Positions 50,111 through 64,000 of a stretch of DNA of 64,000 bases are shown here, in pieces (the first letter of the stretch is position 1; the number at the start of each line of letters is the position of its first letter). The notes below the pieces were generated by a model that was given only the letters and a program-made list of their open reading frames with translations, was not told the DNA's origin and ran no database searches. Both the position numbers and the translations under genes were made by a program. This DNA is from Somniosus microcephalus (Eukaryota), in NCBI GenBank assembly GCA_052327205.1, contig CM126215.1, positions 20,584,001 to 20,648,000 on the forward strand, read 5' to 3'.

Positions 50111-52483
50111 CAGTTAATGTTGCACAAGCATCAAATAGAAATCCTTATTGCTATAGTTAGCTCACTTATTTGACACTACTCCTCTCGTATTCTCCGAGTC
50201 TTCGGATATTAGAAGAATGAACACACGACAAGACCACATCACCGGTTATATGCTAGAAACACGCAGCAGGTCGGGCAGCATCTGTGGAGAGAGAAACAGA
50301 GTTCATGTTTCAGGTTGATGGCCTTTCAGGGATGACTGTAGAGCTGTCCATCAAGTGATTTTTTTTTTTTAAATAAAGGACCCTGCCCTCAAAAACCTGT
50401 CTCAAATCTTTCCGATTCTAGGGCAAACCAAAGCTGATGGCAGTTTTGAACGGAAGGCGGACAGTACATGAGGAAAGGGAACCATTTGCAGTGGGAGCGA
50501 GGGACATTGGGTGGTCAGCATTTTAGAGGAAATGGGGTTAAATATGCAGGAGGTGGGTCTCGTGGACAAGATGAGGTTGGAGAGGGAATCATCGAATCTT
50601 ACAGCTCAGAACTGCCTTTGCGCTCTTTGCAAGAGCTATCCAATTAGTCTCACTCCCCTGCTGTTTCTCCATAACCCTGCAATTTTCTCTCCAAGTATTT
50701 ATCAAAATCCCTTTGGAAAGTTACTATTGCATTTACTTCCACCACCCTTTCAGGCAGTGCATTCCAGATCATAACCACTCGCTGCATTTAAAAAAAAAAA
50801 AAAAAAAAAAAAAAATTCTCCTCATCTCATCTCTGGGCCTTTTGCCAATTACCTTAAATCTGTGTCCTCTGGTCACCAACCCTTTTGCCGGTGGAAACTG
50901 TGAGGGGAGTTGGGAGAGAAAGACACCGGTTCAGTCCTCGAATCATGGGCACCTCTTTTGGGGGAGGAACAACAGAAAAGGATTTTGGGTATGAAACAAA
51001 GATGATTCTGGCATCTTTTGAATTGAAATACGTAGAAGTTACAACATGGGAACAGGCCATTCGGCCCAACCAGCCAGTGCTGGCATTTGCCCTCCGCATG
51101 AGCAAATAGTCCCAATCCCATTTACTCACCCTGTTTCCTTCACCACTTTTTCTATCCTATCCAATCTTGAATGTTGATACAGTTTCTGCCTCAGCCATTA
51201 ACTGTGGAAGTCAATTCTATAGCCTTACAACTCTGGGGATTCGCAATTGAAATATCATTTTTTCTTTGTAGTATTTTCGTGCAGCAGCAAGAATTCATAG
51301 CTGAATGAAAACACACCAGGTCTATTTAATCCACTAATGGTAGATTGACAAAGAAATGATTGAATTTCTATTGCGCGATGCTATGCAAAGACGGTGATCG
51401 TGTCAGCAGCTGGCCTAATACGTCTCGAGAGCTTACTACAAAACTGGGACCATAACTAAGTATATAATATAAAGATATTGCCAGTCAGCTTTCCATCTAG
51501 AGTATTTAACTTTTGCTGTAACTCAAGGCAGGCTTTCTGCTGATTATTACAAACATGTAACCAGGTAAAATACAGTTAAAATTAAGCATATTTTGGTGTT
51601 CGACACAGTTGAATGAATATGGAATACAAATTTTCTGTCTTGTTGTAAAATTACATTTTCAATTAATAACTTTAATATGTGTGTTGTTTATGCTTGGGTT
51701 ATATCTGCATTGGAACTTTTCCATTAGTGCCGGTGACAAATGATGTAGCCACGAAATGTGTCACAAACAATAATCCAAACTTCATTTGTGCTGTGCACAT
51801 TCGTGCTGCATTTGTTTGCAACACACCAGTCAAAGCACCTTGTTAAATATGAATGTGATCGAGTAAAAGGGAATTTTAAACTACACAGTCTGAAAGTAGT
51901 TGCCATCTTTATTTCGAATCTCCGAGGCATTCAGTCACACTCTTCAGTGAATGTTGACCGGCTCCTCTGAAATTAAATGGCCAAGAAAGGTTTACTGTGC
52001 TTGTTACATTACCAAAGTCATGCTGCCTTCATTTTCCCCAACTTGCTCTGGACCTCACTCCAAGCCCCAGCTTAAAACTGGCTATCAAGACCCTTGAACA
52101 GGATGGAAGTCTGCACCATGTGAGGTTCTCTGCATTGCTCTGCAGCAAGAACCAGTGTGCCTGAAAATAAAATGCTTCTATTTATAAAACAAAAGCCTGT
52201 AATACACTATATATGCACCCTGTAAACAGATACCACAACGAATTTACAAAAAATGTAAATCGTTTGAATCTCAGCTTACACAGTACTCCTATACCTGTGA
52301 TACTCTAGCTGTTCAGACTAGCTTGCACCAGGACAAGCAATGTGATGAGGTTGGCCAAAGAGCTGCTGCACTTAGCAAGCGAGATGGAAAGAGAAGTGAT
52401 ACTGGAGGCAAGATGGACAGTCAGGTAGTTGAAAAGAGAAAAAGCCTCGGGCTTGTGTGGAATTACTACTGAAGTACTTAAAA

Positions 52484-52596
52484 ATAGGGGTTGAGCTGGT
52501 GAAAGGGCATCATTGCGTCACCTATAGGGGTTGAGCTGGTGAAAGGGCATCATTGCGTCACCTATAGGGGTTGAGCTGGTGAAAGGGCATCATTGC
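52484..52596. repeat. 40-bp tandem repeat, about 2.8 identical copies
   Basis: ataggggttgagctggtgaaagggcatcattgcgtcacct starts at 52484, 52524 and 52564 (last copy partial). Confidence 0.95.
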
Positions 52597-55517
52597 ACCT
52601 CCTAAACAGTCTGGGGGATAAAGAACGTATGGGTTTACAAAGTGGGTACAAATAAATAAGTAAGTAGTTGTGGGAATGTCTGTGGGTCCAGGAGATGTGG
52701 ATTTGCTGACCAAATCTTGTTGCTCAGACAGACGATTGGAAAGTGCTGGGAATATGAAAAAGATCTGAATATATTTCATAGACTTTATGTAGGCGCATGA
52801 TGCAAGTGTGGAGCGAGTAGTGTCAGGGACTCGGTGGAATAATTACCAGTTGGCTAGAGGCGGTGCATGAAAGAACAAAGGCTTCTGTGAGGATTGGAGG
52901 AGGATCGGAGTCTTGGAGCTGAATCTCGTTGGGTCTTGCTGAATACAATCATGGACAATTTTGTGAGTCAAGCATTGGGAAGAAGAGATGTTGAAGGTGA
53001 TGAGAAATAGGTGTCGGGGTTGCTGAAAACCCAGCAAAGGATCTGGAATAGGGAAAGATGTTCCCCTTCTATTGAACGATGACAGCTGATGGCGGTTGGG
53101 GGAAACAGGGTCTAAGCATCCGCTTGCCGAAAAGACCATTCCTTTGTAGGAGCAGGAGCCCAAGAGAATGAAAGGAAGGGGTGGCCTGGTTAATTTGACC
53201 CTGGGAGTTGTATGCCTAATGAAGGAGGATGCAATAAAGAGGTGACTAGGTGCAGTGCTCTGGCTTGAAATGTTATTTGATGAACTGCAAAGAAAAATGT
53301 ATGAGATTAGTGTCTAGTTGACCCTTCTATTTGGTGCTGAGAGCTGGACCCTGACAAAAGCAGGGGCCTTCCCTCCGTTAGGTTATCCGGTGAGTAACTG
53401 AGCCGTACAGACTAATTGCAGAAGCTGCTTGCAAAATCTTACATTTTCAGAATATAGTAGTACAAAAATAAATCTAATATGGAAGATGAGAAAACGAAAT
53501 TGAGGTCAAGTACTGTAATTTATTAATACTAAAACAAGCTCGATGGGAAGCCTTCCGTCACATCTGCTATTTGCCTTTAGTATTGCCACAATTAAGGCTC
53601 GTCAGGGTATGAGCTCCAGTAAATACAAGCTCTAGTTATAATCGGATAACATTTCCCTGTCCCTGGGGGATCTACGGTTGTTTGTGGCTGCACGCCTAGA
53701 CTCCGTGGAATGTTTTCCTTGCTGGTTTTAAGGGGAGTTCCAGCTTGTACTGCTCAATATAAAGTTGTTTAGGGTAGCAGTCCAGGAAAGTATATTTTTC
53801 TTTCCCGATTTGGGGGAATTAGCTGCTGGCAATATGGACGGGGTCAGTTAGATGTACAAAGCTGGGCCCAGTGTCCCTCACTATGTGGATGGCACGTAGC
53901 TGCATAAAAATGGCTGTCACATGAAAAATCATGTATGGGAATGAAACATTCTGCCTGGATGTACTTGAAAGTTCTATGCAGCACCTTTAACCTATTCAGA
54001 TAGGTCTGGGGTACTGAATTTGGATGATCAGCCATGATCTCATTGAATGGCGGAGCAGGCTCGAGGGGCCGAATGGCCTACTCCTCCTATCTTCTATGAA
54101 AGTTACTCGGCTGAGGTTTGGATTTGGAACATTTATTGCCTAAGAAAATTGTGTGGTCGTCTGATTCCAAAGCCTGCATTTGTAACATCCGTCATTTTCT
54201 GGGTGCCAGCTATCTCTGGATATTCCTAGACTGGAGTGTCTAGCTTTGGGAGGGCAGGTTATGGCAGGCATGAAAATCTTGCCCCTTGCCATCGGGGACA
54301 GTTTTATTATTCAGAGTGATCAGTGAAGCCTTCCAAGGCAGTGATGGTGAGATAGAAATGCTGGCTTACATCATCAAGGGTGTCTGTATGGGGACATCCT
54401 CATCGTGGGGATAAACCCTTGTGCTTCAAGAACGGGGAGAGTTTGACCTCGGTCGTGATTTCTTTCAATATTTGCACATGCGATATGCCGAACGAGACAC
54501 ATTCAGCTCCATGTGATGGTGCATTTATACTACAGTTACCTGTTTCAGACCACTGGCTGCAGTGTGGTTTGCAGCACGGTAGGATTGTGTTGATACCACC
54601 TGGCTAAAACTGCAACACTCCTGGCCAAGAATACTTGGATAATTGCACGGGGCTCCTCTGCTAGCAGTTAAAATTAAATGTTAGCGCGTATGACCAAGAG
54701 TGTTCCCACTCGATGTTTAGTTTGACTTTGGATGTTTAAGAGGTTCAAGGGACCGTCTGGGTACTTAAACCGGATTTGACCCCACACTACAGTTCTACTC
54801 AATGTAGTGTCAAACCTATGTTAGTTCAGGATCTGATTTGAGTTATACTGCAACTTTAGCATTGCAAAGCACAATTTACTAAGCTAATGTTTAAACACAT
54901 CCTGAAAGTTACTGATGCAAAGAAATGATGCACTGGTTCCAAGTAAAATTCAAATTGGCAGGGTTTTCTGTTTAACATACAGTTTGGAATAAAAGGCTAC
55001 AAGGGACTTGTCTGTGGAAGTTACGAGGTAGCTGAGTGACAGGTTGCTGTTAACCTGTTTGGGGAATGTTTGTGCGACAGTTGCCCCTCTGCTTTTAGCA
55101 TTATTTCCGATTGCCAAATAGATGGTAGTCAGGTGTTGGCATTTTCCTGCCTCACCTGAATTAAAAGAATGATTTGTCTGCGAGATCCATAGTGTGATTG
55201 AGGGGGCAGGTCTCCTCGCTTTAGTCAGCATGTGGACTGTTGTCTGATTTTTTTACGGAAAGCCTCCAATTTGAATACATTTAAGTGGCAGGGTCAACAC
55301 CCTTACTTTGTTCCCAGTTTCATGTGGCTGTTTCTCTTGTCCAAACTATATTGGCTCTGCAGGAGATTGGTGATTGCGTGGGCTTATAAAATATTAAAAA
55401 TTGTGGTTATGCTGAACACTGAATGCGAGCTGCTAAATGACTGTTTTTAATTGGGTTCTCTTGTTTTCAAACTGTATTATCCTTCTGATCTTTGTAAAGT
55501 AACACAACTTGGAATAA

Positions 55518-55970
55518 GTGTCAGCTGTGGCTCAGTGGGTAGTACACTCGCCTCTGAGTCAGAAGGTTGTGGGTTCAAGTCCCACTCCAGGGACTTGAGC
55601 ACATAAAGCTAGGCTGACACTCCAGTGTAGTGCTGAGGGTGTGCTGCACTGTCAGAGGTGCCATCTTTTGGATGAGAAGTTAAACTGAGGCCCCGTCTGC
55701 TCTCTCAGGTGGACGTAAACGATCCCATGCCACTATTTCGAAGAAGAGCAGGGGAGTTATCCCTGGTGTCCTGGCCAATATTTATCCCTCAATCAACAGA
55801 TTATCTGGTCATTATCACATTGCTGTTTGTAGGAGCTTGCTGTGTGCAAATTGGCTGCTGCGTTTCCCACATTACAACAGTGACTTCACTTCAAAAGTAC
55901 TTTGTTGGCTGTAAAGTGCTTTGAGATGTCCCGTGGTCATGAAAGGTGCTATATAAATGCAAGTCGTTCT
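55518..55970 (+). mobile_element. Full-length tRNA-derived DeuSINE (SacSINE1/AmnSINE1-like)
   Basis: Pol III A box TGGCTCAGTGG and B box GGTTCAAGTCC; Deu-domain-like core (ctctcaggtggacgtaaa...gatcccatg...ttatctggtcattatcacattgctgtttgt); tail ending gctatataaatgcaag. Confidence 0.85.
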
Positions 55971-56208
55971 TTTTATAAGAAAAAATTGGACTTCAAAGCA
56001 AGCAAAAATTGAATATGAATGACATTTTTACTTCAGTTTTCTAATGCTTTTTATGACCTCTAATCCATAAACATATTTCCCTTCCTTCGGTGTTGCTGTT
56101 CATCATTAGTAATGTGAACCAAAGTGTCATTATGAATAATTTGGAAATGATTTTTGAGAAGAGTTCTTTACCATGGCATTAACCGATGATATTCTTTGCT
56201 CCTCTTAG

Positions 56209-56332
56209 ATCATGAACCTATGTGGTGCAAAGCAACTGGGTTATTTTGGTCGTGGTCAGTTTTACATTGCCCTGAAACTAATAGCTGCAGCCCAGTCTGG
56301 TCTTCCAGTACAGCTGGAAAGCATTAACAGTG
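56209..56332 (+). CDS. REPS2: Internal coding exon (probably exon 2) of a RalBP1-associated Eps-domain protein, N-terminal EH domain
   Basis: Polypyrimidine tract + AG (56207-56208) and GTAAGT donor (56333). The 124 nt encode [41 protein letters not shown]. As recalled, human REPS2 has [29 protein letters not shown] and REPS1 is similar, so the paralog call is less certain than the family call. Confidence 0.85.
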
Positions 56333-59300
56333 GTAAGTCGTAATACTGCTTTTAATACTGGGTCATATAGCTGTTGTTGAGGTTTTGATGGAAGCATTGC
56401 AGGTTAGATTTGCTACCTAATGGGTCTGTTGGGATGAAGTGAACAGTCGTGCCTGGCAAATAAGTAAGCCATTAGTTGTTAACATGATGGCAAATTGGAC
56501 AATGATCACTCCTCTTCATGAGCCTGCATAGAAATGTTCATGCCTATTTTTAATTTGAAAATTAAAATACGATGCTGAAAGATGCAGGTTAAAAGCTGCT
56601 TGGGAGAATTTCAGCACGTTTTTTGAATTGACGAAAATGCTCCTGTACAAGTGAAACTGGATGATCAATGTCTAAAGTATAATCTAAATAAATGTCATAT
56701 TTTCTAGGATTATTGAATTAAAAATTTCATTTGAATTATAGAGCTTGGAGATATCTATATTTTTCCTGGCCTTTTTAAGGTCTTATTGCACTTTTTATTA
56801 TCCTTAGTAGAGAGGAGTCGCAGGTTACCTGCAGTGTCCCTGAAATTGCTGTGTTAACACTGCGGCCGGTTCTCACCATATCGATTTCACACTTAAATAT
56901 AAACCAGAGCAGCAGGAAACCTACAGCCATATGTAGCTGTGCTTTTTAGACTTTAGCTTTCCATCATGTATAATGGAAACGAGCACCCATCACTGAATGT
57001 ATAAAAGGTGGTGAACAGTGCCTGAAATGAAGTCTTGGCAGACAGGAAGAAGAGAGCCAGTGGTATAAAAGTACTTTACTGCTGGCTACTAGGAGGAGGT
57101 ACATGAGAGCAGCCCTCCAGTGTTTCTTCTTCCTCCCTGGAGGGAAACGGCTCCTTTTGATTTCGTCTTTGCCCCAATGACTTGGGAAGCTTGGAGACTA
57201 GCTGTGTGGTGTTATACAGATATCGGCCTATGCTATGGAACACTCCGTCTGTGTGCCCTTTTGTCAGGCAAGATTTTTAAGAGGTGAGATTGGGCTATGT
57301 CCTGTTGTCCTTTGTCATTGACCATCCATGCCCATTGGACCTAGTGGGTGATGTGGTCCCAATCTAAGATACTTTGTAACTGGCTGCTACATGGTGTGCA
57401 AAAGCAGGTTGGGATAAACTATGTCTAGATTTTTCTTAAATATTTTAACCCCCTCCCCTGTGGATAAGTGCTTAGTCTCTGTTTAACTGTTTGCCATGGT
57501 AACCCAACTGAGATTGGGAATTCAGAGTCTGGGGTTCGTGGGCAGTAGTGTTGCATCCCAGGTATGGTGACCACCTGTCCAATTTGGGTCTCGATAATCC
57601 ATGTGACAAGAATGGTGCACATTTATCCAAGATTATTTGTTTGGTTCCTGTCGTGACACATCGGGTTTAAAAACCCAGGTTCACCGACAACAATTTAATC
57701 TGCAAGAGTTCATAACATTGATGGGTTACCTGCATGTGCTCCAACGGGATATGTGCGTGCAGTTAGTAATTCTGTGGTGGACGGCCTGTCCATGTGTTCT
57801 TGAAATACAGTTGCCGACAGGCGACAACTGGATTGTTACAGCAGCAATCATGGGGAGTCGGTCTAAGGACCAGTATTGTGTGTGTCTTTTTAGAATATTG
57901 TTTGAATGGCTGTTGCTCTAATGTAGTTATGAGAGCTACATCTGTTGCTGTCTTTTTTTTTTGTTTTGACATACATTCACCGGGATCTTGAACAGGTCGT
58001 TCAGGTTATCTGGCACAGATTGGTGAATCCGGCCACTGTGGTGTAGGGGGTTCTTGATTGACAGCTCTGCCTGGGGTGAAGACATGGGTCAAGCTAGTGA
58101 GAATGAGAGGGGCCAATGGTCACTTTTGATAGAAAATTCTGTGGCCCAGAGCTTCTGAATGTGGGCTTATCTGGGGCTGTTTGCACCCAGTTCATCAGTC
58201 AGCCTGTAGCCATCAGACAGACTAAACTGAATTTGTGACTCTGGTAATGTTTCACCTTGCTAAATCTAAGCATCCCTATTTTGAGGATCAATCCTCTGTG
58301 AAGAAATGGCTTGGGAGAAGTGTCTTTATTGTTTTGACATTTTGAGAAGGACAGCTTTGTACATTTATCTGTTTAATGTTAAACAGGTTGTCAGTTGCTT
58401 TATAGCCTGAGTTTTGGTGTAATAGTGTATATTCAATCCACCTATTGAAGAATGTGTGGCTGTGGGGAATAAAATGAATTCCATTTACAAATAACTCATT
58501 CCAGTTAAATGATGACCAAACTCTCTTTTTAAAGCTTCAAGCTCTCTGATGGTCTTTGAGATGTATAAAAACTATTCTTTTTATCTTTGAGTCTCCTTGT
58601 TATAAATGCACATATTTTACAGAAGTACTTAATTTTCATGTAATTCATGGATAATTTAACACCCCCATGATCTTCAAACAATCTAATTATGCTGAATTTC
58701 TCTGGATACATGCACGAGTTAGATGAACCATTTATCTTTATGACTGACTTTTTTCTGAACTCATGACGTAGGACTGGGAACGCGGAACAAACTTGTGAAA
58801 AGGTTGCAGTTACTCTGTGCAGTATTTGTACCACTTCTGCAACATTCAGGGTTTCAGTAAAGATCTGCATGTGTATCGTATCTTATTATTTATGTAATCA
58901 GTGTACTTGCGCATGACCAGTCGGACAGGAATTCCAAAGAAGTACTGTAATTCAACACTACAGACAGACACTGAAAATATTCGGCTTCCAGGTTCTTGTT
59001 TGTGTCATGTAGGGTTACCTTATTGGCAGCCTTGTTAAAACATTTTGAAGAGTGTGAAATTCTCATTTAGTTTGTTTTATTTATATATTCTCCCATTCAC
59101 CTTTCACTTAGATTCTATGTATCACACTCCAATTTCCAAGATATTTAATTCCTAATCCTTAAACATGTGATTTGTAATCAATCTTCAGCATAAGTTGATA
59201 TTCTATTGAGTACGTGTTTGATAAATGGTATTGCATCTATTTTGAAGGTTGCATAAAACCATAGATGTTTACAGCACAGAAAGACCATTTGGCCCAATGT

Positions 59301-59624
59301 GTCTGCCCGGACACACTCTTTAACTAGAGCAATCCAAAACTAATCCCCTTACTCTGTTATCTTCCCATAGATAGCAGACTACAATTACAAAGGACCCCCA
59401 CCCTATGGTCGACATAGGATGTTACAAAGTCCATTGCCATTTACAGTACCTTGTTTCAATATCAATCAGTCTCATCTTCAGTGTCACAAGTTTAATTACA
59501 AGTGAAGTTTGGATCCTATCAGTATGTTATTTTCAACATCTGAAAGGCTTGCCATACCTTTGGCAACAGAATATGACTGGTTAAAGTCTGCCGCTATAAT
59601 ATCTAACATTTACATTTTTTAAAT

Positions 59625-60005
59625 ATTCATTCACAGGATGTGGGCATTGCTGGCAAGGCCAGCATTTATTGCCCACCTGAATTGTCCTTTAACTTGGTGG
59701 CGTGCCACCTCCTTGAACCACTGCACTGTGTGTGTGGTAAAGCTATTCCCACAGTGTTGTTAGGGAGGGCATTCCAGCACTTTGACCCAGTGATGATGAA
59801 GGAACAGAGATATATTTCCAAGTCCGGATGGTGCGTGACTTGGAGGGAAACTTGGAGGTGGTGATGTTCCCATGCGTTTGCTGCCCTTGTTCTTTTAGGT
59901 GGTAGAGGTTGAGGGTTTGGGAGGTGCTGTCGAAGTCTTGACGAGTTGCTGCAGACAATCTTGTAGATGGTACACACTGCAGTCACAGTGCGCCGGTGGT
60001 GGATT
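59625..60005 (-). mobile_element. 3' fragment of the second CR1/L2-group LINE family
   Basis: ORF 59666..60013 reads HHRRTVTAVCTIYKI; a shorter copy lies at ~60935-61112. Confidence 0.8.
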
Positions 60006-61691
60006 GGGTACAACCGAGGAAATCAGAGACCTGAAGAAGATAATTTAAGTGTTACTTGTCAAAGTAATAATACAGCAAGTGGCAAAATCCCTTTTATAAG
60101 CTATGTAACTACAAAGCCTACACACACGAGTTCATAATACAAACTTGTAATTATGGAGGTAGAATTATAATAAGTACCACTTTTGTTTAGTGTGTTCCCA
60201 TGGCAACTTTTTTCTCTTTAGGTAGCAAACCACTCAAAGAGGCAAAGGCTACTGTGTACCCTGCATTTAGGGAACAAAAGTATTTGTTTCACCGATACGC
60301 TTACGCGCACTGAAAGGCAATGGAACAGTCAGGCTTAAAATGTCTATTGTCTCCTTTCAGCTCCAAGTTATTCATGCATGAAAGTAATCTTGTGATTCAG
60401 TGAAAGGAAGGTGAGGTCTGTTTTTAATGTATTGAAAGCTATCCAAGCATTAACTGTTCTTCCAGAGTAGGCTTGCTTGTCAGGTTCTTGCATTATGTCC
60501 AATTATAAAGAAGCAGGGTTCATTTTCTCTCCACGGATGCTGCCTGGCCTGCTGAGTGTTTCCAGCACTTTCTGCTGGTTATTTCAGATTTCCAGCATCT
60601 GCAGTATTTTGCTATTGTATTAGGGTTCATTTTTAGTTGGGTTACTTCAGGAATGGTTTATTACCTCTTGTACTACCATGGGTAACCAAGCCAATGTACA
60701 GACTGTGAAAAATATGACAAAGTAAATTGGGGAAATAGCGATTAGGTAACCACGTTTGGGTTTTAAAAACCTGAATATTGTAGCAGGAAGGAAAGAATGA
60801 GGGAAGTTTAAGGGTTCCACTGTTCTGAGGTTCTAAGGAAGAATGAATAAGAGACCGTCAACTCTGCCTTCAACTCGACTTCAATCCACCACTGGACCTC
60901 GGACTTTAACTTTGGACTTGAAAGAAATATATTTATTAATTCACAGGACGTGGGCGTCACTGGCAAGGCCATCATTTATCAGTAGTTGTCCTTGAGAAGG
61001 TGGTGGTGAGCCGCCGCCTTGAACCACTGCAGTCTGTGTGATGAAGGTACTACCACAGTGCTGTTAGGGAGGGAGTTCCAGGATTTTGATCCAGCGACAA
61101 TGAAGAAACGGCGATATATTTGCAAGTCAGGATCTTTTTCCTCTGCATTTAAAAACACAGAGGATAAAGGGACAGAATATAAGTGAAGGGACTACTATTT
61201 AAAGAGAAGTGGGGGGAGACAAGATATGTTTTAGGACCATTTATCCCGCTTCCACCTTCCCCCAGATCACCTACAAGAAAGTCTCCCCATAGTATCTATT
61301 GGTGTTCCCGGTAATTTTTTTGGGTGCACGGCCCCTTCACACTGCCACGTATGCGCGAACTTTAGCATTGTAAAAGCCAGACCTGGGCTGTGCAGGACCA
61401 GCAGAGAGCTGTATTAAACTATATGGTACAAAATGGAAATTGTTACAATTCAAGCTTCTTCAAACACACTCTTCATACTCATCAATGCAGTTTCTATGGA
61501 CAAACCCACACTTCCTATGGTCTGAAACTTGTGATCTTGCGCATGGAGCCCATTTATTGTAATTATTTCTGTCACCCAAATGGATGGAGATGTGGATAAC
61601 GGGTCCATCAGTGTCTGGAGAGATGTTTGCCAAGTTGGTCCTGAAACAAAATATATTGGAATATTTGCCGAGCATGACATTCCTTTTTAAT

Positions 61692-62020
61692 GGCATTCCC
61701 TATCTCTGTAACCTCCTCCAGCTCTACAACCCTCCAAGATCTCCACACTCCTCCAATTCTGGCCTCTTGCGCAGCCCGAATTTTCATCGCTTCACCATTG
61801 GCGGCTGTGCCTTCAGCTGCCAAGGCACTAAGCTCGGAAATTCCCTCCCTAAACCTCTCCGCGCCTCTACCGCTCTCTCTCCTTTTTAAAACGTTCCTTT
61901 AAAAACCAAGCTTTTGGTCACCTGTACTGATATCTCCTTGGTGTCGAACTTTCTTAGCTAACGCTCCTGTGAAGTGCCTTTGGACGTTTTACCATGTTAA
62001 AGGCACTATATAAATGTAGG
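61692..62020 (+). mobile_element. L2-type LINE 3' end
   Basis: Peptide PYLCNLLQLYNPPR...GG.AFS...NSLP; tail cctgtgaagtgcctttggacgttttaccatgttaaaggcactatataaatg, with a similar tail at ~5660-5725. Confidence 0.7.
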
Positions 62021-63169
62021 TTAATGGTCAAGCAATCACCAACAACTTGCTGTGCCTATTGCCACAATGACCAACCTGTACGCATTGCAACAACCTGAGA
62101 TATTGTCCAAACAAGTTTGATTTGATTGTTTTATTTCCAGGCAGTGATGCAAACCAAGGTGGGTTACCACCATCCCTTGAAATGTTATTGCTAGCTTCAA
62201 CCAGTTTCGTATGTTGCTTAAACTCTCAACTAAAGGATTCCCTTCAGAGAGAAGTAGGAAGTATTTTGTTTTACATTTGTAATATTTGTGTTCTTGATCA
62301 ATAAGATGTTCACAATGTGGTGATGTGCCAATATTGGAACGGCGCCATTTGAAAGTGTTTATGTAGTGGGGGAAGTGAGAAAATATCACTGTTAAATATC
62401 AAGAGAAGTTATTGGGACAAAGTTTCAAATTTTATGTGTAGAAATCTACTGAGTGCCCTAAGTCTGTCCATAAGAATCCATGAGATCACCAGAAGGGGAA
62501 GAGAAACTGAAGCTCCATTTGATTCTTCAATGGAAACAACTGACCAGTCATGAAAAATATGAGTGGATATAATGTTCTTAAAATGTTTAGATTCTTACTG
62601 GGATTCCCCCCCCCCCCCACCCCACACACACACTTTTTTTTCTTCTCGAATATATAATTGTAACTGTACAGTATCCCCACCATACCTGCTCAAGAAATGA
62701 CTTCATGTTCTTTGTTTGTAAAGACATGATCCTCATTTAGTATTCATGTGTAGGATGATTGAATTGCGGGCTGTAATTATGTAGGTCATTTCTCAGGATA
62801 TCGCTACATCAGGCGGACTGTGTAAACACCCATAGTAATTAACATCTGCCTTCCATTTTAGAACTTTAAAAATAACTAGACCGTAAACGAGCCAGGATTT
62901 CTGAGTAGACATTGCTTTGTGGAGATGACATTTAAGTCTTGATCCAATGATAAAGGCAAGCATTTTGGGTGGATTACCTCCCCTTCATTTGTGAATGCGA
63001 GAAAATAATTGTGACTTGTTAAATGTGTTGATGAATAGCAAGTTACCTTTTAAACAAAAAGCTGAAATTCCTTATCTCTCCACTTTTTTTCTTCAGTTAA
63101 ATATTGCTGCACTTGAGCAATATGAACTTGGTGGTAGTCACAAATAGCACCAGGCTGCTTGTTCCTGAT

Positions 63170-64000
63170 ATCTTCTTCTAAGGCAGTCCCTCGTAACCGA
63201 GGATGACTTGCTTCCACATTAAAAATGAGTTCTCTGGTGACTGATGAGTCCAATGCGGGACCTACAGTCTCTGTCACAGGTGGGGCAGACGGTGGTTGAA
63301 GGGGCGGGTGGGTGGGACGCTTGGGTTGACGTGCGCTCCTTCTGTTTGCGATTGGCTTCCGGTTGCTCCCGGCGAAGAGACTCGAGGTGTTCGGCGCCTT
63401 CCCGGATGCTTCTCCTCCACTTTGTGCGGTCTTGGGCCAGGGATTCCCAGGTGTCGGTGGGGATGTTACACTCTTTCAAGGAGGCTTTGAGGGTGTCCTT
63501 GAAGCGTTTCCTCTGCCCACCTGGGGCTCTCCTGCCGTGTCGGAGCTCCGAGTAGAGCGCTTGTTTTGGGAGTCTCGTATCAGGCATGCGGACAATGTGA
63601 CCCGTCCATTGGAGCTGATCGAGCGTGGTCAAAGCTTCGATGCTGGGGATGTTGGCTTGAGCGAGAACACTGACGTTGGTGCGCCTATCCTGCCAATGGA
63701 TTTGCAGGATCTTGTGGAGGCAGCGTTGGTGATACCTCTCCAGTGCTTTGAGGTGCCTGCTGTACATGGTCCATGTCTCTGAGGCATACAGGAGAGTGGG
63801 TATCACTACTCTGTAGACCATGATCTTGGTGCCGGGTTTGAGGTCCTGGTCTTCAAACACTCTCTCCCTCAGGCGACTGAAGGCTGCACTGGCACACTGA
63901 AGGCGGTGTTGGACTACGTCATCGATGTCTGCCCTTGTTGACAGTAGGCTCCCGAGGTATGGAAAGTGGTTCACGTTGTCCAAGGCCTTGTCGTGGATTT
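63170..64000 (-). mobile_element. RTE-clade LINE 3' portion; ORF 63219..63983 continues beyond the window
   Basis: FPYLGS, LLYASETWT, GHIVRMPDTRLPKQALYSEL..G.R..GGQRKRFKD and C-terminal CPTC...HQRTH; short 3' UTR with a gaagaag tail. Confidence 0.9.

Noticed and set aside
52484-52596. CRISPR-like array (also considered for 20374-20483)
   Set aside because: Head-to-tail units with no unique spacers, no cas genes, and a eukaryotic context.
55520-55590. tRNA gene
   Set aside because: It is the tRNA-derived head of a SINE and continues directly into the Deu-domain body.

Overview
Vertebrate genomic DNA, most likely a shark or other chondrichthyan: it carries shark-type CR1 LINE tails and SacSINE1/AmnSINE1-like DeuSINEs. 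Almost the whole window looks like large introns of a + strand REPS-family gene, with one 124-bp EH-domain exon at 56209-56332 (best match REPS2). The introns are packed with CR1/L2/RTE/Penelope fragments, SINEs, several MITEs, one solo LTR and two nested Ty3/Gypsy stacks (13770-23472 and 39050-48915). The standout is the young inner element at 16292-20772, whose LTRs differ at only 2 of 223 positions. It keeps gag and protease, but its RT/RNase H/integrase region is replaced by an in-frame, intronless mosaic of apparent host mRNA fragments: STK10/SLK coiled coil, optineurin including its LIR motif, and a DNAJC21 zinc finger. It then rejoins the native integrase tail, PPT and 3' LTR. Host-gene assignments come from my recall of the human proteins and have not been confirmed by database search. 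Coordinates of old repeat fragments are approximate.
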